Assembly: GCA_045612405.1 (NCBI GenBank)
Contig: JAZKYX010000029.1
Location: forward strand, 36,621-100,620
Origin: Alistipes sp.
GTDB lineage: Bacteria > Bacteroidota > Bacteroidia > Bacteroidales > Rikenellaceae
Length of the DNA: 64,000 bases
Reading direction: 5' to 3'
The notes under the pieces were generated by a model that made no database searches, was not told the DNA's origin, and worked only from the letters and a program-made list of their open reading frames with translations. The translations under genes and the position numbers were made by a program. Positions 18,176 through 27,314 of the stretch are shown one piece after another (position 1 is the stretch's first letter; every line of letters begins with the position of its first letter).

Positions 18176-19495
18176 ATGAACATCAATAGGGAGATACTAC
18201 GCATAGCAGTGCCCAACATCATCTCCAACATCACTGTACCAATTATGGGTATTGTGGGTACGATGATTGCGGGACATTTGGGCGAGGCGGTGACCAACAT
18301 CGGCTCGCTGGCAATCGGTGTGACCATCTTCAATTTCATCTATTGGAACTGCGCCTTCATCCGTATGGGCACAAGCGGCATTACAGCCCAGGCCTTTGGC
18401 GCGGGGGATAGTCGCACCACCACCCTGATGCTTGCCCGCTCGACGATGGTTGCGCTGGCGGTGGGTGTACTGATGCTCCTTTTGCAACACCCCATCGGCA
18501 ATGCGGCTATAAAAATTATGAATGGCGGCGATCAGGTGGCCGAATACTTCTTTGCCCGCATCTGGGCCGTACCAGCAGGCGTGCTGCTCTTTGCGCTGAA
18601 CGGCTGGCTCACGGGTATGCAGAACGCCATCATCCCGATGATTGTAGCCATCGTGGTAAACATAATCCACATAGTGTGCAGCCTTTGGTTTGCCTTCCCG
18701 CTGGGTTGGGGTATCACGGGCATCGCCTACGCCTCGGTTGTAGCGCAATGGACTGGCGTGGCCATCACTGCACTCATCACCTGGTGGCACTATCGCCACA
18801 AAATGGTACGCATCTCGTTTGCAGAAATTATCGACCTTAAAACCTTGAAGGCGTTCTTCTCAATCAACGGCGACATCATCATCCGCACACTCTGCATCGT
18901 CGCAGCCTACACCTTCTTCACAGCCGCTTCGGCTCGTATGGGTGACGACACAATCCTTGCGGTGAACACCATTCTTTTAGAACTATTCACCCTATTCTCA
19001 TATATGACCGATGGTTTCGCCTATGCCGCCGAGGCGCTCACGGGGCGTTTCATCGGCGCTAAGGACAGCGGCTCGCTGCGCCTATGCGTGAAGCGCTGTA
19101 TGCTTTGGAGCATCTTTGTAGGAGTTGCTTATTCGGCTCTCTACACTGGTTTTTGGCAGGAGTTGCTCGGTATGTTTATCGAAGATGGCGCGGAGAACAC
19201 CGCACAGATTTTGGACTATGCAAGGCGTTATATTGGCTGGATAATAGCCATTCCGCTGGCGGCATCGTTGCCGTTTATGATGGATGGCGTGATGGTTGGT
19301 GCAACCCAGTCGCGCATTATGCGTGACTCGATGCTTATCGCCACCGCGCTCTATTTCGGACTATTTTTCTCGCTCCGCCCCGTGATTGGCAACAACGCCC
19401 TCTGGCTCGCCTTCACATCGTTTATGGCTCTGCGAGGCATATTCCAATACTTTATGTCCAACCGCCTGAAAAGCATCTACCGCCAGGCAGAGTAA
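18176..19495 (+). CDS. MATE family efflux transporter (DinF-like)
   Basis: IAVPNIISNITVP, RMGTSGITAQAFG, DGFAYAAEALTGRFIG; about 12 TM. Confidence 0.92.
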   Translation: MNINREILRIAVPNIISNITVPIMGIVGTMIAGHLGEAVTNIGSLAIGVTIFNFIYWNCAFIRMGTSGITAQAFGAGDSRTTTLMLARSTMVALAVGVLMLLLQHPIGNAAIKIMNGGDQVAEYFFARIWAVPAGVLLFALNGWLTGMQNAIIPMIVAIVVNIIHIVCSLWFAFPLGWGITGIAYASVVAQWTGVAITALITWWHYRHKMVRISFAEIIDLKTLKAFFSINGDIIIRTLCIVAAYTFFTAASARMGDDTILAVNTILLELFTLFSYMTDGFAYAAEALTGRFIGAKDSGSLRLCVKRCMLWSIFVGVAYSALYTGFWQELLGMFIEDGAENTAQILDYARRYIGWIIAIPLAASLPFMMDGVMVGATQSRIMRDSMLIATALYFGLFFSLRPVIGNNALWLAFTSFMALRGIFQYFMSNRLKSIYRQAE

Positions 19496-19529
19496 AAAAA
19501 AAGCGAAAACCTCCGCAGAGATTTTCGCC
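19494..19529. terminator. Terminator between convergent MATE and M56 genes
   Basis: A-run then gcgaaaa...ttttcgc stem. Confidence 0.7.
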
Positions 19530-19552
19530 AACCTATCATTGATAACTGCTTA

Positions 19553-21349
19553 TTAAAGAGTAAATGTAATTGGAACAGTAAATTTCACTCTCACCGCCTT
19601 ACCGTTCTGCTCGCCAGCCTCCCACTTTGGAGTGAGTTTAAACACTCGTTCAACCTCTGCCGAGAGCAACTTATCGGGGGTATTCAAAACCTTAAATTCG
19701 CTTACCGAACCATCTATCTCAACTACAAACGAGAAGATTACACGACCATTAATACCCTTTTCTTTTGCCTCGGCGGGATACTGCAACTGCGACTGAAACC
19801 AATTACGATACGCATTCAAATCGCCACCCTGGAATGTAGGCATATACTCACACTTAATAAACGCCTCCTGCACAGACTGTTGTGTCTCTTCGATTGGAGT
19901 TCCTTGCGAAAATACTCTATTATACTTTGCTTTCTTTGTTGTAATCAATATAACGCCATTCTTACCCTTCTCGCCATAAGCTTTGAGCGCCTCCTCGTTT
20001 TTGACAACGGTAAAATATTCTATATCTTCGACTTTCAAATCTTCCATATTACCCTCCTTGCCATCAATCAGCACAAGTACAGATGAGCCATCTCCAATAT
20101 ATCTCACCCAAATAGACTCGCCCGTTGCCGACTTCATCTCAATGGTATCACTCTTTTTAAGGTCTTCCATAGGGACTGACTTTACAGACTTTACCGTGAG
20201 ATGTTGGGTCGAATTTATCTTCACCGTATCATTCGCAAGATAATTCACCTTCAACTCTGGGTTCACTCGCAACTCCGACCTAACATCGGCCACCTCGCCC
20301 ATAGTAGTTCCATCGTCGGCTACGAGGTTGATTTGGCGAAAATCCTGCACACGCTCTTTCAACTCATCGAAAGGTATTTCCTCGCTATTGAGATATATCT
20401 TCTCATCAGATATTCTAATTGTTGAATTTTCTGATTCTTGCTCAATAGCAAAATTTTCATTACCTTTGTCTTGCTGTTTTGTAACATAGACAGTTGTGGC
20501 AGTCGCCGCCAGCGACACAGCCACCAATGGCAGTACAAGCAACAACTTTGCTGCCGACCACCTTGAAGAATTTTTCTTACACATCATAGTTATTCTATTT
20601 TTAAGATTACTGTGATTCAAGCAGTTGGCAACGGAGTGGAGTCTTGAGCCAACTGCCCTTTTTATTAATAATATTTGATAGGTCTTTACATCAATGCCCC
20701 TACGGAGTACCGCCTCATCAGCTTGATACTCGTGCAGGCTCTGCAATTCGCGGCGCAAAAGCCACAGCGCAGGGTTAAACCACCACACGCACAGAGCAAT
20801 ATCCACCGCCAGCACATCCCACGAATGGCGTAGGCGAATATGCGCCAACTCGTGCTCAAGCACAAGGTCGAGGTTCGACTGCTCGTCATCCCTATCGACC
20901 ACCACACGCGAAAACCAACTAAACGGCGTCGGCAACTTCTCAACCACCGTGAGCGTCACATCATCCACCAGAGGTCTTTGCTCGCCGCTACGCACCACGC
21001 GCCACACAGAAAGCTGACTTATCACAAGCCTTGCAACCATCACCGCCACACCCAGCAGGAAGAGAACCATAACAACACCCTGAGTCACCGCCACAGCATC
21101 CACACCCTGCTCCGCCACGACCATATCCATCGCACCATCGCCAGCCACTGCCATCTGCGGCACAGCCTCAATCTCCTTCTCGATTTTGATATGGCACAAT
21201 GGCAACACCGCCGCCAGCACGACCGAGCCGAGCAACACCACGCGATTTAGTCGATGGAGCGTCTCATAACTCATCGTCGCTTTATAGAGCAGATACAACG
21301 CAGCAAGGCACACCGCCGACTGCCCGAGATATAGGATAAAGTCCCACAT
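19553..21349 (-). CDS. M56 family (BlaR1/MecR1-like) metallopeptidase with C-terminal TonB-related domains
   Basis: N-terminal TMs; HELAH (HExxH), WWFNPALW, EYQAD, LKNRITMM; C-terminal TonB_C (YPAEAKEKGINGRV...G..VRVKFTVPITF). Confidence 0.92.
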   Translation of the reverse strand: MWDFILYLGQSAVCLAALYLLYKATMSYETLHRLNRVVLLGSVVLAAVLPLCHIKIEKEIEAVPQMAVAGDGAMDMVVAEQGVDAVAVTQGVVMVLFLLGVAVMVARLVISQLSVWRVVRSGEQRPLVDDVTLTVVEKLPTPFSWFSRVVVDRDDEQSNLDLVLEHELAHIRLRHSWDVLAVDIALCVWWFNPALWLLRRELQSLHEYQADEAVLRRGIDVKTYQILLIKRAVGSRLHSVANCLNHSNLKNRITMMCKKNSSRWSAAKLLLVLPLVAVSLAATATTVYVTKQQDKGNENFAIEQESENSTIRISDEKIYLNSEEIPFDELKERVQDFRQINLVADDGTTMGEVADVRSELRVNPELKVNYLANDTVKINSTQHLTVKSVKSVPMEDLKKSDTIEMKSATGESIWVRYIGDGSSVLVLIDGKEGNMEDLKVEDIEYFTVVKNEEALKAYGEKGKNGVILITTKKAKYNRVFSQGTPIEETQQSVQEAFIKCEYMPTFQGGDLNAYRNWFQSQLQYPAEAKEKGINGRVIFSFVVEIDGSVSEFKVLNTPDKLLSAEVERVFKLTPKWEAGEQNGKAVRVKFTVPITFTL

Positions 21350-21360
21350 AAGCGCTTGTT

Positions 21361-21717
21361 TTACTGATTTTGCACCATACGGATAAGTTCCTCAAGTTCG
21401 CTCACCGAGATTTTCTCCTCCTCGATAAGTGCCGACACCGCGCGCTTGTAAGAGTTGTCGAAATAGCGCGTCACAACCGAGCCGAGCACCCCTTTTGAAA
21501 ACTCCTCCTGCGACACCACTGGGCGGTAACGATAGGTATTGCCGAAAGCCTCGTGGTCGAGAAAACCCTTTGTCTCCAATGTACGCACCATAGTAGATAC
21601 GGTGTTAAAGTGTGGTTTCGGGTCATCGTAAAGCATCACGACATCCCTGACGAACATAGCACCATACTGCCAAAAATAGTTCATCAACTCCTCCTCTTTA
21701 TTGGTAAGTTTCTGCAT
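21361..21717 (-). CDS. BlaI/MecI/CopY family transcriptional repressor
   Basis: KLTNKEEELM..FW, HFNTVSTMVRTLETKGFL, YRYRPVVS; ATG at 21717 preferred. Confidence 0.93.
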   Translation of the reverse strand: MQKLTNKEEELMNYFWQYGAMFVRDVVMLYDDPKPHFNTVSTMVRTLETKGFLDHEAFGNTYRYRPVVSQEEFSKGVLGSVVTRYFDNSYKRAVSALIEEEKISVSELEELIRMVQNQ

Positions 21718-21752
21718 AGCGAATCTGTTTTTAGGTTTCACAATGCAAATAT

Positions 21753-21811
21753 AACTAAAAAAAAATCACATACAACTAATTATTATAGTTTTTCAACTAA
21801 AATATTTAGTT
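21753..21811. promoter_or_regulatory. Putative BlaI operator array (AACTA-N7-TAGTT) over the blaI promoter
   Basis: Full palindromes at 21774..21790 and 21795..21811, half-site at 21753; -7 box TATATTTG (minus) at 21746..21753. Confidence 0.65.
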
Positions 21812-21861
21812 ACTCTCAATTGTCGATAAAGAAAGGACTTATAAATAAGTCCTTTAACAAA

Positions 21862-21928
21862 ACACCCGCAGGGTGTATCTTCGGGGCATAGCGCGTTTCA
21901 CTCGCACCCGTCCCTGCCCCCGAAGATA
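21862..21928. repeat. REP-like palindromic element
   Basis: acaccc-gca-gggtgt hairpin, plus 11-bp inverted repeat tatcttcgggg (21876) / ccccgaagata (21918). Confidence 0.45.
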
Positions 21929-21933
21929 AAAAC

Positions 21934-21968
21934 AAAAAAAAGCGAAAACCCCACTTGGGGATTTTCGC
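21934..21968 (-). terminator. Terminator of the serine hydrolase gene
   Basis: A8 then gcgaaaacccc/ggggattttcgc stem. Confidence 0.8.
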
Positions 21969-21991
21969 CTTTCGTATCTAATGTAGTCTAA

Positions 21992-23218
21992 CTACTCTGT
22001 TCTTCCAGTATAAGCCTTCACGCCCGCATTGTCGAATGGCTGCGAGAAGAACTTCTCCGCCGCCTTATCCACCGCTGGCATCCAAGGCTGACCGCCGCCC
22101 GCATTCTGGATAACCCAAAGGCGCAACTGCTTTGTATGCCAATTCACCGAGCAGTTTGTACCCCACGCACCTCCGTGACCGAACCAAGCATTCTCGTTAT
22201 CCTGCACTGGTGCCGCCAAACCGAGTGAGTAACCCGACATATTCGATGGACGAGTCGAACGAGCCAGAATATCCTTCACGGTCTCCTCCTTCAAAATGCG
22301 CACGCCATTGTCACCCACACCGAGATTCATCAACATCTTGTAGAATTTAAGCTGATCATTAGCTGTTGTCCAAAGACCTGCACCTGCCGAAGCAAATACG
22401 TGACCATCATTATAAGGACGCTGCTGCATATCCATCTCCTCCACCCACTTGGCTGGAGCGTTATTCTGTGTGGCATACAACTCAATCTTTGTTTTGAGCT
22501 GCTTGTCGGTAGGCCAAAACCAAGTAGAGGTCATACCAAGAGGATTGAGCACCTCCTGCTTTAAGTAATCCTCCCACTTCATACCTGTAACAACCTCGAC
22601 AATAGCCGCGCCGATGTCAATTCCTGTATTAGAATACATCTCGGCTGTACCTGGCTCAAACATAATAGGAGAAGCTGCCGCGATAGCTGCCACTTGACGC
22701 AGAGGAGCACCGCCTGACCAGCCACCACCACGAATATTGCCCTGCTTTGCACTGATCTCAAATGGGAAACCGCCAGTGTGGTTAAGCACCATACGAACTG
22801 TCAGCACATTCTTCGCGCGGCGCAACATACGAACACCATCCTTATTATACTCCTGCACCCACAACTCACCGAACTCTGGAAGATACTTTGACACGGGATC
22901 ATCAAGCGTGATTTTGCCCTCCTCCACAAGTTTTGCAATGGTCACACCACAGAAACCTTTTGTCTGCGAGCACTGCATAAAGACATTATCCATATCGATA
23001 GCTCGCTTTTGAGAAACATCGGCATAACCTATACAACAAGTCTCCTGAACTCCATCTTTGTAGAATACACTGATAGCACCAGCCAACTGACCGCTCTCCA
23101 CATAGGGCTGCAACGCCTCCTTGGCAAAAGTAGTCTTCGACTCCTTAACCTTTGTTTGAGCCTGCACTGAAAGCACCATACACAACGATGCCAACAGTAA
23201 AACAAGTGTTCTTTTCAT
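21992..23218 (-). CDS. Serine hydrolase, beta-lactamase class C / esterase family, secreted
   Basis: Signal peptide; SQTK (SxxK), YSN (YxN), HGG motifs; LNHTGG; ATG at 23218. Confidence 0.9.
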   Translation of the reverse strand: MKRTLVLLLASLCMVLSVQAQTKVKESKTTFAKEALQPYVESGQLAGAISVFYKDGVQETCCIGYADVSQKRAIDMDNVFMQCSQTKGFCGVTIAKLVEEGKITLDDPVSKYLPEFGELWVQEYNKDGVRMLRRAKNVLTVRMVLNHTGGFPFEISAKQGNIRGGGWSGGAPLRQVAAIAAASPIMFEPGTAEMYSNTGIDIGAAIVEVVTGMKWEDYLKQEVLNPLGMTSTWFWPTDKQLKTKIELYATQNNAPAKWVEEMDMQQRPYNDGHVFASAGAGLWTTANDQLKFYKMLMNLGVGDNGVRILKEETVKDILARSTRPSNMSGYSLGLAAPVQDNENAWFGHGGAWGTNCSVNWHTKQLRLWVIQNAGGGQPWMPAVDKAAEKFFSQPFDNAGVKAYTGRTE

Positions 23219-23326
23219 AATTATCAAACTATTAATTGGTTATTAAATCCATTTCAAGTTAAACAAAGATACAAATTATCTTGCAAACCGAGGCTCGATT
23301 TGAGGTAATAAATCACATAAAGCCAC

Positions 23327-23357
23327 AAAAAAAAGACACCTCCAATGGAAGTGTCTT
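23327..23357 (-). terminator. Terminator of secG
   Basis: A-run then agacac...gtgtct stem. Confidence 0.65.
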
Positions 23358-23378
23358 GACTCATTAAGTTCCGACTAA

Positions 23379-23729
23379 TTACTCAGCAGACTCAGTAGTC
23401 TCAACTGGAATCTCAGCCTGTGGCATAGCGTCAGCTGCTACGTTTGCATTAACCTGCTCCATCAAAGCAGCAGCGTCCTTCTGCAATGAGTTCTCTGTTG
23501 CAACACCATCCTTCATTGAGATGGTAGCAACCAAACTCAAAACAACTACAACAGTTGCCAAAGTCCAAGTAGTCTTCTCCAAAATATTTGTTGACTCACG
23601 AACACCCATTACCTGATTAGCAGCGCCGAAGTTAGCAGCCATACCACTCTTAGGGTTCTGAACCAAAATCGCGAGAATAAGAATTACACTCGCTACGAGA
23701 ATCAATCCGATGCAAATTGAATACAACAT
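23379..23729 (-). CDS. secG: Preprotein translocase subunit SecG
   Basis: ILVQNPKSG...FG..NQVMGV...LEKTTWTL. Confidence 0.95.
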   Translation of the reverse strand: MLYSICIGLILVASVILILAILVQNPKSGMAANFGAANQVMGVRESTNILEKTTWTLATVVVVLSLVATISMKDGVATENSLQKDAAALMEQVNANVAADAMPQAEIPVETTESAE

Positions 23730-23751
23730 AATTTTATCCTGTTTTTAATTA

Positions 23752-24228
23752 CTAATTTTCTATCTTTGAAATAATCTCCGCAAAGTAAACACTTTTTTCG
23801 GGATTTAGCAAACTTAATTTACGATAAGTTTCAATTGCCATATCTTTCAGCCCCTGTGCAAGGTAGACTTCTGCAAGCTCTTCGCTGACCATATCCTCCT
23901 CGTCAGAAAACTCAGCCTCGGTGGTTATCTCGTGTTCTACTTCACCTTCTTCGGCTACGATTCTATGGGTTTCAGTTCTTAGAAACTTATCTATTATATC
24001 ACTTGAAGTGATGTGTGTAAGTATATCAACATCAATCTCTTTACTCTCAATCTCGGGTCTTAACAAAAGAACTTTGATTGGCGAACTAAAATCGCCCACC
24101 TCATCTTTTACTTCATCTGAATTCAACCCCCATCTGCGACCCTGCTCCAACACAGACAAATCGCTTTCCGAGATGAATATCTGCTCGCCATCGATGGCAA
24201 TATTTTTTTTACATTTTTTTGTCATCAC
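23752..24228 (-). CDS. Hypothetical protein with C-terminal TPR-like motif
   Basis: 'SEELAEVYLAQG..DMAIETYRKLSLLNPEKSVYFAEII' pattern; lies between lptE and secG. Confidence 0.75.
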   Translation of the reverse strand: MMTKKCKKNIAIDGEQIFISESDLSVLEQGRRWGLNSDEVKDEVGDFSSPIKVLLLRPEIESKEIDVDILTHITSSDIIDKFLRTETHRIVAEEGEVEHEITTEAEFSDEEDMVSEELAEVYLAQGLKDMAIETYRKLSLLNPEKSVYFAEIISKIEN

Positions 24229-24229
24229 A

Positions 24230-24763
24230 CTACCAATTTGATGCTGCTGCCTGGAAAATATCAGTCACCAACTGTTTTACAATCTCTGCGTCCAAATCTG
24301 ACTGAATATCAGTCAAGAGCTGAGATGAGTCATATTCGGTGAAGGCCGAGAAGGTTTGATTAAACGAATTCTCAGGAACAATCTTATTAGTAAACCTCAC
24401 CTTGACCGTTATCGTCAAACGGTTCAACAAGGCATAGTTATCACCCGAAACCGAAGATGTTGTCGAGCTATAACCCGTAATATCACCCTCGAACGCAAAA
24501 TCACCATCCGACTCTACGAGCTGCAACTTTGTCTGGCGCGAGAACTTATCCTTCAACTCCTCAACCAACGTTGTACTCAACGTAGGTGACACCATAGGTG
24601 CATTATTGGGAAAGTAAGCAACGCTAAACGTCTTTGCAGCGTCAGGGATACTCGCTCCGGTGAAGGAGTAACCGCCCTTCATAAAAATACAACTACTCAG
24701 CAGCGTTGAACACAAAATCAACGCCACAGCCAACATTCGCTTAAATATCTTTTTAAGTTTCAT
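24230..24763 (-). CDS. lptE: LptE-family LPS assembly lipoprotein
   Basis: Lipobox LSSC; YSFTGASI, FEGDITGY, RLTITVKVRF, IFQAAASNW. Confidence 0.8.
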   Translation of the reverse strand: MKLKKIFKRMLAVALILCSTLLSSCIFMKGGYSFTGASIPDAAKTFSVAYFPNNAPMVSPTLSTTLVEELKDKFSRQTKLQLVESDGDFAFEGDITGYSSTTSSVSGDNYALLNRLTITVKVRFTNKIVPENSFNQTFSAFTEYDSSQLLTDIQSDLDAEIVKQLVTDIFQAAASNW

Positions 24764-24784
24764 ACTCTACCTATTACGAAGACC

Positions 24785-25993
24785 CTAAATTTCGTCCTCG
24801 TTGATATCCAAATCCTTAATTCTACGATACAGCGTACGCTCCGACATAAACAACTCTCGTGCAGCATCACGACGACGGCCATTATTATTACGCAACGCGC
24901 GAATTATCTGTTCGCGCTGCACGTCGGCCTTCGTGAGTTCTCGGTGAGGAACCTCCTCGACCTCCTCGCTCTCAGCAAAATCTGTTGCCTCACCGACTAC
25001 CGAAGATGGCAACAAACCCACTACTTCACGCGTAACGGGTTGCGACTGAGGTGCGTGACCACGCATAAGTTCCGAGAGCATACGCTTCAAGTCATTGATA
25101 TCGCTGCGCATATCGAACAATATCTTATACAAAAGTTCGCGTTCCGTTGAGAAATCATCGCCCCTCATTCCATTATCTATTCGCATTGTTGGTGTCGATG
25201 AATTCATCGGAGTGAGGTACTTAGCCAAAGTCTGGGCTGAAATCTCGCGCTCTTGCTCCAAGGCCGACACCTGCTCAGTAACATTCTTTAATTGACGTAT
25301 GTTTCCACGCCAATAGTAATTCATCAACATCTCACGAGCATCGTCCGTCAAACGAGCCGTAGGCATCCCATATTGCACCGAAACATCGGCAGCGAACTTC
25401 CTGAAAAGCAGTGGAATATCCTCCTTACGCTCACGCAAAGGTGGAACAGATATCGAAATTGTACTCAGACGATAATACAAATCCTCACGAAAACGGCCAC
25501 TATCAATAGCCTTCAACAGATCGTTGTTGGTTGCTGCCACAACTCTCACATCGGTCTTTCTCACAGTAGCCGAGCCCACGCGAATATACTCTCCTGACTG
25601 TAACACTCTCAGCAGACGTACCTGGGTAGCCAAAGGCAACTCACCCACCTCGTCAAGAAAGATAGTACCGCCATCAGCCTCCTCGAAATAGCCTTTACGC
25701 GCCTCATTAGCTCCCGTAAATGAGCCCTTCTCGTGACCAAACAGCTCGGAATCAATCGTTCCCTCTGGGATGGCGCCACAGTTTACCGCAATATATCGTT
25801 CGTGCTTACGAGCCGAATAGGCGTGAATTATCTGAGGGAAAAACTCTTTTCCCACGCCACTCTCTCCCGTCACCAGCACCGACAAAGAGGTCGGAGCCAC
25901 ACGCAAAGCCATAGACAGAGCCCTGTCCATCGCTTCCGAACGGCCTATAATACCGAATCGCTGTTTGACTGTTAGCAAATCGACTTCCGACAT
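24785..25993 (-). CDS. Sigma-54-dependent Fis-family transcriptional regulator (no receiver domain)
   Basis: GESGVGKE Walker A, GSFTGA loop, FLDEVG, FREDLYYRL, C-terminal Fis HTH. Confidence 0.93.
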   Translation of the reverse strand: MSEVDLLTVKQRFGIIGRSEAMDRALSMALRVAPTSLSVLVTGESGVGKEFFPQIIHAYSARKHERYIAVNCGAIPEGTIDSELFGHEKGSFTGANEARKGYFEEADGGTIFLDEVGELPLATQVRLLRVLQSGEYIRVGSATVRKTDVRVVAATNNDLLKAIDSGRFREDLYYRLSTISISVPPLRERKEDIPLLFRKFAADVSVQYGMPTARLTDDAREMLMNYYWRGNIRQLKNVTEQVSALEQEREISAQTLAKYLTPMNSSTPTMRIDNGMRGDDFSTERELLYKILFDMRSDINDLKRMLSELMRGHAPQSQPVTREVVGLLPSSVVGEATDFAESEEVEEVPHRELTKADVQREQIIRALRNNNGRRRDAARELFMSERTLYRRIKDLDINEDEI

Positions 25994-26004
25994 AACCTAC
26001 AAAT

Positions 26005-26868
26005 TTACTTCTGAATATACTGCAAATCTGGATTCTCAATACCCTTTTCGGCAGTCGAGATAGGCTCATCAAAGATGCCCTCCTCTATCGTCTCCGAACC
26101 GAAGCTCTGCATATTCTTCCAATCGCACCACATACCGTATCCCAACGCAAACATAGCAATCAAGGCAGCAGCAATGGCTATTTTCATAATAATATCGCCA
26201 GCCTTACTCTTGCCTGATGTGGCATATTCGCGACCCGTTACAATCTTACCCTCCTTGCCATAGCGCAAGCCTTTGACATAGGAAGCTGGGCGCTTCTGTG
26301 TCGAGGCAGTCAGATTCTCATTATCGAGCATCAACTCACGCGCAGGTTTCTTCTCTGGCTCGCCCTTCGATACCACCTTGATGACGATCTCCTCACCATC
26401 ATCCTCCACAATCTCGCGCTGCTCGGTCTTCACCTCAACCTTTTCAATCTTCTCAGCCTCCTCTTCTTTTTCAGGCTTAGATGATTTCTCGGCCTCAGCC
26501 ACCCTCTTCTCTGTGAGGTGCTCCTCCAAGCCTCCATCCAACACCTCTCCCTGAGCTGCTGGGTTGATAATGAAAGATATTGTACTGTTTGCACCACGCT
26601 TCAATGCTCCGAAACGGTCCAAACCACAAACGCCATCGCGATCCAATCTAAAATTCACCTCAAAGACAAAACGGTCGATGGTGCCAGCTGCCTCCAACTC
26701 CGAAACGCCGTGCTCGATGAGTAACTTGCGCAGTACTCCATCATCGGTCTTCATCAAGTTGGAAAACAACACCTTATGACCTTCCTCCTTAACGATGAAA
26801 GTACCCAAATTAGGTATCACCAGGCGCTTGTTACTCTCCAAATATTTTGATATAATCTTAATTATCAT
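26005..26868 (-). CDS. HU/CCDC81-like domain membrane-anchored protein
   Basis: 'ISKYLESNKRLVIPNLGTFI', 'LLFSNLMKTDDGVL' pattern; acidic linker; C-terminal TM. Confidence 0.65.
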   Translation of the reverse strand: MIIKIISKYLESNKRLVIPNLGTFIVKEEGHKVLFSNLMKTDDGVLRKLLIEHGVSELEAAGTIDRFVFEVNFRLDRDGVCGLDRFGALKRGANSTISFIINPAAQGEVLDGGLEEHLTEKRVAEAEKSSKPEKEEEAEKIEKVEVKTEQREIVEDDGEEIVIKVVSKGEPEKKPARELMLDNENLTASTQKRPASYVKGLRYGKEGKIVTGREYATSGKSKAGDIIMKIAIAAALIAMFALGYGMWCDWKNMQSFGSETIEEGIFDEPISTAEKGIENPDLQYIQK

Positions 26869-26962
26869 ATTCTATACATAAATTTGGGTTAAAGTTACGA
26901 ACTTTTTTTGGAATAGCGAAATTATAGCTTGACAAGCTGGCAGAATCGGCCATTTTTGGCAT

Positions 26963-26992
26963 AAAAAAAAGAGCTTCGATTTCTCGAAGCTC
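26963..26992 (-). terminator. Terminator of rpsU
   Basis: A8 then gagcttcga/tcgaagctc stem. Confidence 0.85.
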
Positions 26993-27016
26993 CCGATATG
27001 CTTATCCAGCCGAGGA

Positions 27017-27208
27017 TTACTCCTCCTGACGATAAGTATGCTCAACGTAGATAGCGTGCTGCATAGCCTCACGCTTAGCGATTGATGGCTTTGTGAAGTA
27101 CTGACGACGACGCAACTCCTTCAAAACACCTGTACGCTCATACTTACGCTTAAACTTCTTAAGGGCCTTCTCGATGTTCTCGCCCTCCTTAACTGGCATA
27201 ATAATCAT
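27017..27208 (-). CDS. rpsU: 30S ribosomal protein S21
   Basis: VKEGENIEKALKKFKRK...ELRRRQYFTKPS. Confidence 0.97.
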   Translation of the reverse strand: MIIMPVKEGENIEKALKKFKRKYERTGVLKELRRRQYFTKPSIAKREAMQHAIYVEHTYRQEE

Positions 27209-27314
27209 AACTGTAAATCTTTTTATTTTTTGTTGTTAATTGTTTCTTTTTATCTTTTGTTTTGTTGTGGCTACCCTCTCCTTGAAAGGGCAATTGCCTA
27301 ATGTTTACAAAGCT

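Noticed and set aside
19494-21968. Near-identical terminators (AAAAAAAAGCGAAAACC...GATTTTCGCC) flanking the blaI-M56 cassette as possible attachment-site repeats
   Set aside because: Similar A8-GCG...CGC stems occur at 1443 and 51772, so this is the genome's terminator style; no recombinase is present.
23227-23241. AACTA-containing sequence upstream of the serine hydrolase as a BlaI box
   Set aside because: AACTATTAATTGGTT has the wrong spacing and a mismatched right half compared with AACTA-N7-TAGTT.
24785-25993. Sensor-less sigma-54 activator with a GSFTGA loop as a novelty
   Set aside because: The activator-lptE-TPR-secG arrangement is, from recall, a conserved Bacteroidetes core cluster.
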